This document shows, one piece after another, positions 1 through 11,626 of a DNA stretch of 64,000 nt; position 1 is the first letter of the stretch; the number at the start of each line of letters is the position of its first letter. The position numbers and the translations under genes were made by a program. The notes under the pieces were generated by a model. The model was not told the origin of the DNA, did no database searches, and was given only the letters and a program-made list of their open reading frames with translations. Origin of the DNA: Kiritimatiellia bacterium (GTDB lineage: Bacteria > Verrucomicrobiota > Kiritimatiellia > CAIVKH01); the NCBI GenBank assembly GCA_027493775.1, contig JAOSKE010000003.1, forward strand, positions 618,845-682,844, given 5' to 3'.

Positions 1-1112
1 CGGCGGACCAATAGCCCCCGTAGCCCGGCGGCTGGCCCAGGTGTTCGCCGAACAGGATCGCGTCGTCGCGTGGGATCTCCGTGTTAAACAGACTGTCGCG
101 ATGGTTGTCCCAGTCGCTAAAGCCGCGCGACATATTGAACTGCCATTGGACATTGCCGGTGTAGCCGTTGTTGCTCGTGTTGTCGTCAAATGAGCCGAAA
201 AAATAATCCGGCACGTGCTTGACCGCGTCCAACCGCAGGCCGTCGGCCTTCGTTTTGGACATCAACCAGCGCACGGCGCGCAGGAGATAGCCGCCCACGT
301 CTTCCGAGAAAAAAATCCGGATAGGCGGCCAGCATCGCGGTGGTGATCCCGTTGTTCGTGCCAAACCCAACATAAACATTCTTATCGGTGTTACCGGCCC
401 AATCCCACGGGTCGCTGTAGGCGGGCGGCATATTGGTGTTCGGCATCCGATCATAGAACTCAGGATTGCTTGGGTGTCGGATAAATCGGGGCTTGGGATA
501 GCTGCTGCCCTCGGTGTAACCGAAGTTCCCGTTCGGATTCTCGTGGGCGATGTCAATCAGGTCGGAGAAGTTGAGGTACTGTACCTGCCACCCATCGTTC
601 CAGCTCCGCACGTTGTCCCACTTGCGATAAAAACCATCCGCCGTCACGCGCAGGTGAAAATCTTCCGGCACCATGCCCGGATACACATCCACCGGAGTAG
701 ATTCATTGTAACCCGGCACATCGAACGCGCGGTGGTTCATAATGTTGTCGAAATAGACGCGAATTCCGAAGCGGTGCGCCACTTCGACGAGATTGAGCAA
801 TTCCGCTTCAGTGCCATAGCGCGTTGCAACCGTGCTGCGCTGGTTGCGCCCGCCGATATCGAACGGATCCCACAAGTCATAGCCAACGGAAAGCCCACCG
901 CTGCCCTTGGTCGGCGGCGGGAGCCAGAGGGATGAATAGCCCGCCTCGGCCAATTCAGGGATTTTGTCGGCCATGTCGCGCCAGCTCGTATTGAAGAGTT
1001 GAAGCATTGCCTCTGCGCCCGCCGTCGAAGCGCCGACGGTCGTGAACAGGGCAAGCGCGAGAATGCGCAGCCCATTGAATTTGATTAGCTTATTCATGAT
1101 TTTTCCCGTCAA
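1..1112 (-). CDS. Secreted alpha-amylase family (GH13) glycosidase, 5' part. The gene runs off the window start and is frameshifted at an A7 run at 309-315.
   Basis: ORF 186-1112 has a signal peptide and GH13 region I (VYFDNIMNHR). The adjacent frame upstream of 300 encodes GLRLDAVKH (GH13 region II). Confidence 0.8.
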
Positions 1113-1306
1113 ACTCCAACCGCAAGGCCGACCCGAAAGAGATGAGCGCTACAGAACAGTGACCCATTTCAGCAACAAGTACACCAAAGCCCAAAAAATC
1201 GCAACGCTAAAACGTTTTACCTGCGCGTTTTTGTTGTCCTCTCTATTTTCGCCCCGCCCCCGAAGCTCCGCTTGCCATTTGGCGGCCACGCGGTTATAGC
1301 GGGCGC

Positions 1307-1936
1307 ATGGAAAACGTAGTCGAACTTCGACACCCGCTCGTCCAGCACCACCTTTGCGGGTTGCGCAACAAAGAAACACCGTCCTCCGAGTTCCGACAGG
1401 CGGTGAACCGGCTCTCCATCCTGCTTGCCTACGAGGCAACCAAGGACCTCGGGCTACAGGAAACAACCGTCCAAACCCCGCTCGCGACGGCCCGGGGGCA
1501 CACCCTTGCCAGGCGCATCGGACTGGTTCCCATCCTGCGCGCCGGACTGGGCATGGTGGAGCCGATCCTTAATTTAATACCCGAGGCGGAGGTCTGGCAC
1601 CTCGGTTTCTACCGCGACGAAAAACATTGCGACCGGTCGAGTACTATAAAAAGCTCCCCCGAACGCGCGGTGGATGTTGCGCTCGTACTCGATCCGATGC
1701 TCGCCACCGGCGGCTCCGCCGTCGCTGCAGTGCAGGCGGTGAAAAGCTGGGGCGCAAAGCAAGTCAAGCTCATCTCCATCATCGCCGCGCCCGAGGGTCT
1801 TCGCGTCATTCGCGAAGCCCACCCCGAAACCCTCATCTACACCTGTGCGATTGACTCGCATCTCGATGAAAACGGCTTCATCGTGCCCGGCCTCGGCGAC
1901 GCGGGCGACCGCACGTTCAACGCGCGCGCAAAATAA
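1307..1936 (+). CDS. upp: Uracil phosphoribosyltransferase
   Basis: Motifs VPILRAGLGM and VLDPMLATGGS. A 12-aa segment (1622-1660) is out of frame. The alternative frame gives RPVEYYKKLP, matching UPRTases, which implies a compensating -1/+1 indel pair at an A-run and a C5 run. Confidence 0.9.
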   Translation: MENVVELRHPLVQHHLCGLRNKETPSSEFRQAVNRLSILLAYEATKDLGLQETTVQTPLATARGHTLARRIGLVPILRAGLGMVEPILNLIPEAEVWHLGFYRDEKHCDRSSTIKSSPERAVDVALVLDPMLATGGSAVAAVQAVKSWGAKQVKLISIIAAPEGLRVIREAHPETLIYTCAIDSHLDENGFIVPGLGDAGDRTFNARAK

Positions 1937-1947
1937 AAAAGGGACCT

Positions 1948-2715
1948 ATGCGCAGCGTGGCTCTCCTTGCCCTCCTGATTCCCCTTCTCGCATTGACGGG
2001 TTGCAGCGCGACACAGAAGCCAGCGGCATCCGCCGACTACGAAATCCTGCGCATCCTCCCGCACGACGCCTCCGCGTTCACGCAGGGCCTGCTCTTCCAC
2101 GACGGAAAATTGTTTGAAAGCACCGGACTTTACGGCCAATCCACGTTGCGCGAGGTTGACCTCCAAACCGGCGAAATCGCCCGCAAACGCGCCCTGCCCC
2201 ACAACCTTTTTGGCGAAGGACTCGCGCTCTACTCGAACCGCCTCTATCAGCTCACCTGGCGCGAAAACATAATCCTGCTCTACGACGCAACGACATTCGA
2301 GACAACCGGATCGCTGCCGTGGAAAGGCCAGGGCTGGGGCCTCACGGCGTGGAGCAACCAGCTCATTGCAAGCGACGGCTCGGCGCAGCTCCGCTTTTAT
2401 GATCCGCAGACAATGAAGCTGCTCGGCGAAGTCACCGTCCGCGATCAGGGTCAACCCATCGCGCAACTGAACGAGCTTGAAATGGTCGAAGGCGAACTGC
2501 TGGCCAATATCTGGCGCGAAGACCGAGTCGCGCGGATTGATCCTTCCACCGGCAACGTACTCGGCTGGCTGGATTTTTCACCACTGGTTCCCGAGGGACT
2601 GCGCGCCTCGCGCGAAGCCGTGCTCAACGGCCTCGCCTACGACCCGGCGACGAAGCGACTCTTTGTAACCGGCAAAAACTGGCCGGTTCTCTACGAAATT
2701 CGCCTCAGCAAATAA
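1948..2715 (+). CDS. Glutamine cyclotransferase (plant/bacterial-type QC) lipoprotein
   Basis: Lipobox LALTGC. Beta-propeller QC family similarity over 255 aa. Confidence 0.75.
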   Translation: MRSVALLALLIPLLALTGCSATQKPAASADYEILRILPHDASAFTQGLLFHDGKLFESTGLYGQSTLREVDLQTGEIARKRALPHNLFGEGLALYSNRLYQLTWRENIILLYDATTFETTGSLPWKGQGWGLTAWSNQLIASDGSAQLRFYDPQTMKLLGEVTVRDQGQPIAQLNELEMVEGELLANIWREDRVARIDPSTGNVLGWLDFSPLVPEGLRASREAVLNGLAYDPATKRLFVTGKNWPVLYEIRLSK

Positions 2716-3355
2716 CGCACCGCTCTATTCCCCCTGAATCGCCATGCGCCATGCGCCTTTTCGCCAGCATTCGCATCAGCACGCCTGGGCCGCGATGCAG
2801 CCTGCTCTCGTTCAACTCCACGAGGTCCTTGCGCACTTCCAAAATCTCCGCGTCGGCAAAATCAGCGCGCAGGTTTTCCTCGGTTAACAATTTCGACCGA
2901 TCACGCGGACCGCCGGATTGGTACCGCAGTTGGTCGGCGTGAAAACCTTCCAACAAAAAGTAGCCGCCGGGCTTCAGCGAATTAAACATGGCGGCATGAA
3001 TCCGCGCACGGTCTTCTTCCGCGTGATGACAATAAATTGAAATCACCCAGTCGAACGACTCCGCGGGCCACGCCCACTCCCCCACATCCGCCAGCTCAAA
3101 AGCAACCTTCACACCGCGCTCCGCCGCGAGCTGACGCGCGCGATCCTGCGCTTCGCGGGAAAAGTCTATGGACAGCGCCTTCAGCCCCCGCTCCGCCAGC
3201 CAGACCGCGTTTCGCCCGCTGCCATCAGCGGGGAGCGCCGCGCACTGGCCGGGCTTGAGAAGCTCCTTCTTTTCCACCAAATAAAGACTTGGCGCCGTGC
3301 CATACGCATGACCGTCCTCGCGATAGCGCACATCCCACATTGTTGAATCACTCAT
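2705..3355 (-). CDS. Class I SAM-dependent methyltransferase
   Basis: Rossmann MTase motifs (ALDLGCG-like: AALPADGSGRNAVWLAERG; acidic loop SIDFS). Confidence 0.65.
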   Translation of the reverse strand: MSDSTMWDVRYREDGHAYGTAPSLYLVEKKELLKPGQCAALPADGSGRNAVWLAERGLKALSIDFSREAQDRARQLAAERGVKVAFELADVGEWAWPAESFDWVISIYCHHAEEDRARIHAAMFNSLKPGGYFLLEGFHADQLRYQSGGPRDRSKLLTEENLRADFADAEILEVRKDLVELNESRLHRGPGVLMRMLAKRRMAHGDSGGIERCVIC

Positions 3356-3651
3356 GCGTCCAATCTACGACATTTTGAATTTTTGCGCAGCGCGTTTTGC
3401 GATACCTTGCGCGAATGTCCTCCTGGCCAATTTGGGTTGCGATCATACTTCTGCTCGACGCAGGCATCGGCCTGTGGAACGCACACTGGCTCTCCCGCCT
3501 CATGCCGCCCCGCCACATTCTGCGCATCGCGATCATCGAAGCCGCCGTCGCCATCGCCCTGCTGGTCTGGTTTTTCCTCCGGCGTTATTAAACTCCAAAT
3601 TTGGAATCACGGCGCTTCCGCGCTCCCCGCAAATTCGCTATGCTCTCTTTT

Positions 3652-4669
3652 ATGGACGAAGCGGCATGGGCCAGCATCACAGACGAGGAGCTTCTGGAGA
3701 AAAACATCTCCGAGCTTCGGCCTGACCCTCGACGGCAGTGGACTACAGCCGTTTATCCAACAGCTCCACAATGAATTGAAGGCGCGAAATCTCGCATTCA
3801 TGCCGCCCTGCCACATCGGCGACGAGTGGTTTGTCCCGGTCGGCATCCCCGCGATCTTCATCCCGTTCTTTCTCGTCAACAACCGACTCCGGCGGCTGGA
3901 GCGAAAAATGATTCTCGAAGTCGAAGGCGAGACGCAGGAATGGTTCATGAAACTAATCCGGCACGAAGCGGCCCACGCCTATTCCTACGCCTACCGGCTC
4001 CAGCGCAAAAAGAAATGGCAGCAGACATTCGGACTCGCCTCGCAAAAAGACACCGGCTTCTACCGCCCCCGCCCCTACAGTCACTCGTTTGTCCTGCATC
4101 TCGACGACTGGTATGCGCAGGCGCATCCCGACGAAGATTTCGCCGAAACCTTCGCCGTCTGGCTCACCCCCGACCTCGATTGGCGGACGCGCTACAAGGG
4201 TTGGCGCGCCCTGCGAAAACTCGAATATATGGACGAGCTGATGGCCACTCTGGCGAATACGCCGCCGGTTCACCAGCCGGCCTACAAGGAAGAGGACTAC
4301 CATTGTCTTGATATCAAGTTATCTGACTACTACGCGGCAAAGCACAAACTGTATGAAGACACGTATCCTGATTTTTATGACGCCGACCTCCGCCTGCTCT
4401 TCGCCGGCGACGCGGCCGCGCCCGGCGCCCTGCGCGCGTCGGCGTATCTCCGCCGCTATCGCCGCGCGCTGGTGAACCACGTTTGCCAGTGGACGAATGA
4501 GCGAAAATATCGCGTGAATGAACTGCTTATGCGGCTGATCCGCCGATGCGATGATCTCAAGCTGTTTGCGCGTGCCGACGATCCAGTGCAAGGACAGCGC
4601 ACCGGGGCGTACCTCGCCACACTGGTTATGAGCTATCTCTTCACCGGAAAATTCAAACGCACCAAATGA
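3652..4669 (+). CDS. Putative zinc-dependent metallopeptidase (HEAAH motif; Peptidase_Mx-like). Frameshift near 3716-3721.
   Basis: N-terminus MDEAAWASITDEELLEKNISEL in frame 1 joins GLTLDGSGLQ...IRHEAAHAY (HExxH) in frame 2. The ORF 3383 upstream part is non-coding-like. Confidence 0.6.
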
Positions 4670-5684
4670 AGCATCCGCTCAAAGTCCTCGCGCTATTCGA
4701 TACGACTGGGCCGGTGGCGCCGGACAAGGATTTATCGGCGGAGCTGCAAACGCTGGATTGGAAAACCGAGGCGCATGTTCTCGCCGCGCTGAAAGAGCTG
4801 GGTCACGAAACGCAGTATATCCCGATCTTCGACGACCTCGCGCCGCTTCGCCAAAGAATCGCGACCTTCCGGCCCGACATCGTCTTTAACCTCGCCGACC
4901 AGTTTCGGAACAACCGCGCGTTCGATCAGAACATCGTTTCTCTTTTGGAAATGGAGGGCGTTCCCTTCACCGGCTGCGGCTCAGTTCCGCTGACGCTGTG
5001 CAAGCACAAGGGCGTATCAAAAAAATCCTCGCCTATCGCCGCATCCATGTGCCGGACTTCGAGCTGATTCCGCGGGGCCGCAAAAAAATTACCGCGCGCG
5101 GCCTGAAATTTCCGCTCCTAGCCAAACCGCTCAAGGAAGAAGCCTCCCTCGGCATCGCGCAGGCATCGCTCGTGCAAAATATCGAGCAGCTCACCGAGCG
5201 CGTCCGATTTATCCACGAAAAATTCGACAACGACGTGATCGCGGAAGAATACATTGACGGTCGCGAACTGTACGTCAGCCTTCTGGGAACCACGCGCCTG
5301 CAAATGTTCCCGATCCGGGAGCTGGTCTTCGGCGATGTCCCACCGGACAAGCCGAAGATCGCCACCTACAAGGCAAAGTGGGACGACGAATACCGGCATC
5401 GCTGGGGACTCGAAAATAAATTTCCGACCGACCTGGATCCGCTGATCGTCCGTAAGATCGAACACACGTGCAAACGAATCTACCGGTTGCTGATGATTGA
5501 CGGCTACGCGCGCCTGGACCTCCGCCTCGCCCCGTCCGGCGAAATTTATTTCCTCGAAGCCAATCCCAATCCCATGCTCGCCGCAGATGAAGATTTCGCC
5601 CAGTCCGCAGCCAAAGCCGACATCTCCTTTCCCCAACTGATCCAGCGCATCATCCGTCTCGGACTCAGTACAAATCGCGAATAA
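4666..5684 (+). CDS. ATP-grasp enzyme, D-Ala-D-Ala ligase/RimK-like. Frameshift at the A7 run 5019-5025.
   Basis: N-domain DIVFNLADQF...GSVPLTLCKHKGVSKK continues as ILAYRRIHVPDFELIP after a 1-nt shift. The ATP-grasp C-domain motifs ELYVSLLG and YFLEANPNP are present. Start overlaps the upstream peptidase stop (ATGA). Confidence 0.7.
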
Positions 5685-5791
5685 ATCACCGCTCGCGCAT
5701 TACGCAACAAGAAGAATCCTTGCGTCTGCATAGTTTTAAGCATAAAACCTCAAGCAGTTATGAGTTATTACGTATAAACCACGGAGCGGAT

Positions 5792-7120
5792 ATGCGGGAC
5801 GGCGGAGCCATGACAGCGTGGTGGAGGCGGAGGATCGCGGATTTGTGGACTGTTGCGGGCGGTTGGCCTGGACGCATCGTGACGGCGGGCTGCATGTGCA
5901 TCGCGTTCGGCTACTTTCTGATCGTCGCACTGATGATCTATGTCGGCGGGACCTGGGCGCGCGTCGTCTATGCGGAATGGCCCTATGCGCACATCGCGGG
6001 CGGAGTTGCATTTGCGCTTCTGGCCTGGGTTTTCGCGCGGGGATATCGCGAGTCATTCGCGGCGTGGCGGAAGCTGGGAGCGCGAATCTTGCTGGGCGTG
6101 GTCAGCCTCTTGTTATCATTTGCGATGGGCGAGGCGCTTTTGCGCATAAGCCTGCTACGCACACAGAAGGAGCAATCGCTCGACCGCCTGCGCGAATTGC
6201 GAAAACAAGGACGACCCCTGCCGGTCAGCAGCTCCCACCCTCTCGCCTACATCATCGAGCCGAGCGACAACGGGCGGGATGTCTATCAACTGCAGCCGAA
6301 TCTCTCTTTGGAGTTCGGTCACAAGACGCTGCGGACGAATGCGGACGGCATGCGCGCGGATCACGACTACCCCGTCGAGCGCCTGCCCAACAGTGTTCGC
6401 ATCGTCGGCATCGGCGATTCGGGAATGTTCGGCTGGAACACCGAGCAGGGCGAAAACTATATGGCCGTTCTCGAATCGCTGCTGAAGGCGCGCAGCGACG
6501 GGGTGACATACGAGGTTCTGAACCTCGCCGTTCCCGGATACAACACGCAATTGGAGGTGGAGCATCTGCGCGCGGTGGGTCTTAAATATCAACCGGACGT
6601 GGTCGTGCTCGGCTGGTGCGTCAATGATTACCAGTTGCCGATGTTTCTTATTGAGCAGTCCACCATTAAATACGCCTCAGGCTCCTATCTTCACAAACTC
6701 CTCTTCGACCGCGCTCACTTTGCGGAGGCGGTGAACGGCATCAATTTTCGCGATCTGCGCGACTACAACCCGGACAACGTGGCGCCCGAACTTCAGCACG
6801 GCGCAGGCGTGGAGGGCGTCCGGGAGGCGCTCTACGAGCTGCGCGAGATGGGCAATGAGCACAGCTTTTCCGTCCTCGTGTTCGGGCCGCTGAAGGAGAC
6901 GGAAATCGCGCTCTGCCGGGAGGTCGGGCTGCCATATTTTAACACCTATGACGGCATTCCGAGCGACTCCGTCCCTGCGGACTGGGCCGTTCACTTTATG
7001 CACCCGCGGCCCGAAGGGCATCGCGTGTTGGCCGAGCGGCTGGAGGGCGAGCTGTTGCGCTATGACTGGCTCGCGCCGTACAACAAGAAAAGCAAACCCG
7101 ATAAAATCGCGGATATTTAG
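5792..7120 (+). CDS. Membrane-anchored SGNH/GDSL-family hydrolase
   Basis: Three N-terminal TM helices. GDS block GIGDSGMFGW, catalytic His region HPRPEGH, RBS ggagcgg before ATG 5792. Confidence 0.7.
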   Translation: MRDGGAMTAWWRRRIADLWTVAGGWPGRIVTAGCMCIAFGYFLIVALMIYVGGTWARVVYAEWPYAHIAGGVAFALLAWVFARGYRESFAAWRKLGARILLGVVSLLLSFAMGEALLRISLLRTQKEQSLDRLRELRKQGRPLPVSSSHPLAYIIEPSDNGRDVYQLQPNLSLEFGHKTLRTNADGMRADHDYPVERLPNSVRIVGIGDSGMFGWNTEQGENYMAVLESLLKARSDGVTYEVLNLAVPGYNTQLEVEHLRAVGLKYQPDVVVLGWCVNDYQLPMFLIEQSTIKYASGSYLHKLLFDRAHFAEAVNGINFRDLRDYNPDNVAPELQHGAGVEGVREALYELREMGNEHSFSVLVFGPLKETEIALCREVGLPYFNTYDGIPSDSVPADWAVHFMHPRPEGHRVLAERLEGELLRYDWLAPYNKKSKPDKIADI

Positions 7121-7426
7121 GCGGGCAATCCGCTTTCCCGCGCCGGCAGGTTGGTGTATGCTGCGGGATATATGATCGCGTGGGCAGACCACATTCTCAA
7201 GAAGGCGCGCCGTCAAATCCGACTGCGAGAACCTCAGGTCTGCGCAATTTTTACGGGCGCGGCGACGGAGCGCATTGACGCTGAATACGACAGCGGAAAC
7301 CGGCTCATAAAATTGGTCATCCACACTAGGCAACGCTCGCTCTCCAAACGCCGCCGCGCTGAACGGTAGCGTTCGACTTCTTTCACACACCCAGTTGGCA
7401 ACGCGCACGTTCTGCCCTATCTTTGA

Positions 7427-10400
7427 ATGTTACGAGCTCCCATGGAGTTCCTTCTATCCGATAGAGACGCGAAAGGCTGGGCGGATTTTTTCCGTCGCGG
7501 GGGGACTTTTTGTGCCTTGACTCCGCCAGGCGCTGCGACGACGTGGCTCGCATGGTCGTTGTGGGAGCGATTCAAACGCCCGATTTTATTGGTCGCAGAT
7601 GGGCCGCGCTCGTTGGACCGCTTGTATCGCGATGCGCATTCATTCGCGGGAACACTCGCGCCACAACCCGCGTATTACCCCGCGTGGGAATCGCTCCCCG
7701 GCCACGGCGCACCGCCGCACGTTGACTTGCTCGGCGACCGCTTTGCAGCGCTCACCGCACTCGGTAGCTCAAGTCCACCAGCCATCACCCTCACTTGCGT
7801 ACAGGCATTGATGCAGCACGCACTCCCGCCGGATGCGCTGCGATTGCAACGCTCCATCCTTCAGTTGGGTCAGGAGTTGGAGCTGGACGCGTTTATCAAA
7901 CAGCTCGATGGCGAGGGCTTCTCGTTTTCGACCGAGGTGACGCAGAAAGGACAAGCGGCGATGCGCGGCGGCATTCTCGACCTCTGGCCGACAACGAGCG
8001 ATTGGCCTGTGCGCGTGGAGTTGTTCGGGAGCACGATTGATTCGCTGCGCACGTTTGATCCATCCGATCAAAAATCACGGAGCAAAATTAAATCCATCGA
8101 ACTCGCACCGGTACGCGAGCCGCTCGACCAGCTCACGGCCACCGTTTTCGACCACCTGCCTCGCGAGGCGATCATTGTTTGGCACGAGCGCGAACGAATT
8201 GCGCATCACGCGGCGCTCTACGATGAGGTGATCGGCGAAACGGCAACCGCCGAATACACCGTTTCATTTGAAGAGCTACGAAAGAAAAGCGGGGCGTGGG
8301 CGCAAATTGAATTGGTCTCCGTCGAATCAACACCCGGCGAGGCACGTGCGCTCGACTTTTCGCCATTCAGAAGGCGCACCCGATCTCGGCAGCGGTGTTT
8401 TGCCGCCGGATCAGGTGGAGCGGGAACGGCAACGCGTCGTTGCGGCGCTCAACACCCACGCGCAGGACGGCGGAACAGGCCGCCTCTACTTCAGCACACG
8501 CGGTGCGCGGGAACGCTTCTCGGAAACATTCGGGAAGCTGCTGCGCTCGAACGGTTCTTTTGAATTATTTGACGGCGGAATCTCTGAAGGCTTTGCGATT
8601 CCTTCGCAACAACTTCTCGTACTCGGTGAAGAAGATTTTTACGGACGACGCAAAGAAATTCGTGGCCATTACGACCCGCATAGAAAGCGACGTGGCCCGC
8701 GCCGTCATGCGGGGGATCGCGTGGCGGACTGGAGCGACCTCCAGCCGGGCGATTATGTCGTCCATGTGGATCACGGCATTGGAAAATACCTCGGCTTGTT
8801 TGATATCGAGTTCAACAAACAGCGTCAGGAGGTGCTGGCAATTGAATATGCCGACAAGGCAAAACTTTATCTTCCGGTGAGTCACACGCACCTGCTCAGC
8901 CGCTATGTGGGCGCAGGCAAGAGTCGGCCGGAACTGCACATCCTCGGCGGCAAACGCTGGACAAAGGAAAAGGCGGCGGCGCAAAAGCGGTGCAAGACCT
9001 CGCGGCGCAACTGCTGGAAACCCAGGCCCGACGCGATGCGCTTCCCGGACACGCGTTCCGGAAACGATACGCCGTGGCAGCACGAATTTGAGACCTCGTT
9101 CCCCTATCAGGAAACCGACGATCAAGAGCGCGCCATTGAAGAGGTAAAACACGACCTCGCCATCGCGCGGCCAATGGATCGCCTTGTCTGCGGCGATGTC
9201 GGCTACGGCAAAACCGAAGTGGCCATGCGCGCCGCTTTCAAGGTGGTGATGGGCGGCAAACAAGTCGCCCTCGTCTGCCCCACGACAATTCTCGCGCAAC
9301 AGCATTTCGACAGTTTTACAGAACGTATGGCGGCGTATCCGGTGCGAATCGAGCTGCTCAGTCGTTTCCAAACGCGCAAAGAGCAGAACGACATCGTGAA
9401 GCGCGCGAATGAGGGCAGCGTGGACATCGTTATCGGAACTCACCGCCTGTTGCAGGGCGATCTCACGTTCAAAGAGCTGGGGCTGGTCGTGGTGGATGAA
9501 GAGCAGCGCTTCGGCGTTGCGCACAAGGAGCACTTCAAACACTCCAATACGATGGTAGATATGCTGACGCTGACGGCCACGCCAATTCCACGCACGCTTT
9601 ATCTTAGTCTTACCGGCGCAAAAGACTTGAGCACGATTGAGACTCCACCACAGGAGCGACTTCCGGTTGAAACAATCGTAGTAGATTTGAGCGATGAAAC
9701 CGTGCGCACGGCCATTCTGCGCGAAATCAACCGCTCCGGCCAGGTCTTCTATCTGCACAACCGCGTGAACTCGATTCGCAAGATACAGGCGTGGTTGGAA
9801 CAACTCGTGCCTGAAGCACGGATTCGCGTCGCGCACGGAAGAATGCGCGAAGACGATCTCGCGGACGTAATGCGTTCGTTCGTGCGCGGCGAATGTGATG
9901 TGCTGCTCTGTACGACGATTATTGAAAGTGGATTGGATATTCCAAACGTCAACACGATCCTGATCGAACGCTCGGATCGTTTCGGACTCGCCGCATTGTA
10001 TCAACTACGCGGCCGCGTGGGCCGCTACAAACGCAAGGCCTACGCTTATTTCCTTCTCCCCCGCCATGCACGCCTACTCGACGACGCACGCAAGCGCATC
10101 GGCGCCATTCGCCGCTATTCCGCGCTCGGCGCAGGATTCCGCCTCGCGATGCGCGACCTGGAAATTCGTGGGGCGGGCAACTTGCTCGGCGCACAACAGA
10201 GCGGACACATCGCCTCGGTCGGTTTTGATCTGTACTGCCAACTGCTCAAGCGGACGGTCGCGGCGCTGAAAGGCGAGAAGCTGCCCACCATCATTGATTG
10301 CGAACTTCGACTGGGTTTCGTGGATTTGTCGCCACTGGCCACGGACGACGATATCGCCGCAGTCTTGCCCACCACCTTCGTCGAGGACGAAACGCTACGG

Positions 10401-10712
10401 CTCCGCGTGTACCGCGAAATTGCGTCCGCCTCCTCGCGCGAGGACCTGGATCGGACGCAAAGCGACCTGGCGGATCGCTATGGAAAACTACCTGCCCCGG
10501 TTGAACGCCTCATCGCTATTGCCCGCCTGCGTATCGCCGCATCGTTGCGCGGGTTGAAAAGCATCGAGGTGGAGGAGGACAAAGCAATGCTCTCTTTCGG
10601 ACGCGACCGCTTCTTTATGCCCGGCGGAAAATTCCCGCGCTTGCGCGGCGCGACGGTATCGGCGAAGTTGGAGGAATTGATGAAGCTTGTGAAAGGATCG
10701 AGGCCGTCGTGA
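7427..10712 (+). CDS. mfd: Transcription-repair coupling factor Mfd, interrupted by 3 single-base indels (near 8369, 8987, 9043)
   Basis: UvrB-like N-domains; RecG-like helicase motifs ([26 protein letters not shown]); C-terminal D7 domain. Frames re-join to match E. coli Mfd throughout. Confidence 0.9.
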
Positions 10713-11243
10713 ACATAAAATTTATTCTGAACACAGTCCTGGTGGCGATCATTACAAACGTCATTTATTTCCTCTGGGCTCGACACACCTTTCTGCCCGT
10801 AGGACTCGTCGCCGCCAGCGCGATTCTTTTGGGTGTGCTTCTTTTTGTGCTCGCCGCGTTGATTCGCGGCTTCACAAAGAACCGGGAAGACGCGGCGGCA
10901 AAATTGAGCCTTCGCATGACCACCGCCTCCGGCATTGTTTGCTTCACGCTTCTGGCATGCGTGCCTTTTGTCATCAAAACACAAGCCAACGACCTGCAAG
11001 CCGCGCGCACTCCGTGCCGAAACGCTGATTCCGCTGCTACAGGTGCGCATGGACTCCACCGGCGCGTACCCCAAGGACCTCGCCGAAGTTGCGGGCGACG
11101 AACCTCTGCCGTGGCTGCTCCTGGAGCCCGACGCCTATCGCAGCGACGGCGCTGGCTACATCCTGCAAATTCGTCACCCTGGCAACCCTTTCCTCGCCGA
11201 CGTCCGTCAGCACAACCAAACCCGCTGGCGCATTACTCAGTAG
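10709..11243 (+). CDS. Hypothetical membrane protein (2 TM). Probable frameshift near 11005.
   Basis: ATGA overlap with the mfd stop. The hydrophobic N-terminal half (frame 2) is followed by a plausible soluble C-terminal half in frame 0 (LIPLLQVRMDSTGAYPKDLAEV...). Confidence 0.35.
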
Positions 11244-11302
11244 CCAAACGCTTCACTTGAGCGCTCCGCGCATGTACGCGGAAAGTTGCGCACGGCCCCA
11301 AA

Positions 11303-11595
11303 TTTCTTCCGCGTGTTTCCGTGGTTTGGTGGGGCCGGAACGTTCACGATGAATCGTGACGTTACAAATTGAGTTATTATTCCCCTTCGGTCGCGAACCC
11401 TATCCCCCCCACGGCGCGCCTCAGTTTACCCGCTTGTGGAGGGCGGTCGCGCCCCACCAGCCACAACACAACCGTGAAGCACACAACAATTCCCCTTCCG
11501 CGTCCTTCCCGTGCTTTCCGTGGTTAAAAACCTTCACGTCATACGCCATGCGTTCTGCGTCTTTTGTGCCTTTTGTGGTTAAAAATCTTTCAGCC
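11303..11595. repeat. Mosaic hairpin repeat locus R1: one degenerate unit plus the conserved terminal segment. Same family as R2-R4.
   Basis: Shares ttattccccttcggtcg, ggcgcgcc...cgcgcccc acc, the core cgtgaagcacacaacaattcccctt ccgcgtcc...ttccgtggttaaaaac, and the terminal ccttcacgtcatacgc...gtcttttgtgccttttgtggttaaa (also at 49990-50063). Confidence 0.8.
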
Positions 11596-11626
11596 ATAAT
11601 TTCGGTCGCGCCCGACTATCTTTCCA

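Noticed and set aside
309-315. Programmed ribosomal frameshifting or transcriptional slippage at the A7 runs (309, 5019, 44564)
   Set aside because: Frameshifts also occur at non-slippery sites and hit glnS/recA/mfd. Uniform 1-nt indels across unrelated genes fit sequencing error better. Cannot be fully excluded without reads.
3383-3651. 5' extension of the peptidase ORF (3383-4669 as a 428-aa protein)
   Set aside because: The upstream 90 codons are low-complexity Ser/Pro/Arg-rich and overlap the methyltransferase promoter region. A better N-terminus (MDEAAWASITDEELL) exists in the adjacent frame.
6677-7408. 243-aa minus-strand ORF overlapping the SGNH hydrolase and the 7120-7426 spacer
   Set aside because: Mostly antisense to a supported gene. 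The non-overlapping part has no motif support, so it is likely non-coding spacer.
8565-10004. 479-aa ORF on the minus strand
   Set aside because: Entirely antisense to the well-supported mfd gene. It has no recognisable domains and the Arg/Ala-rich composition typical of GC-rich antisense frames.
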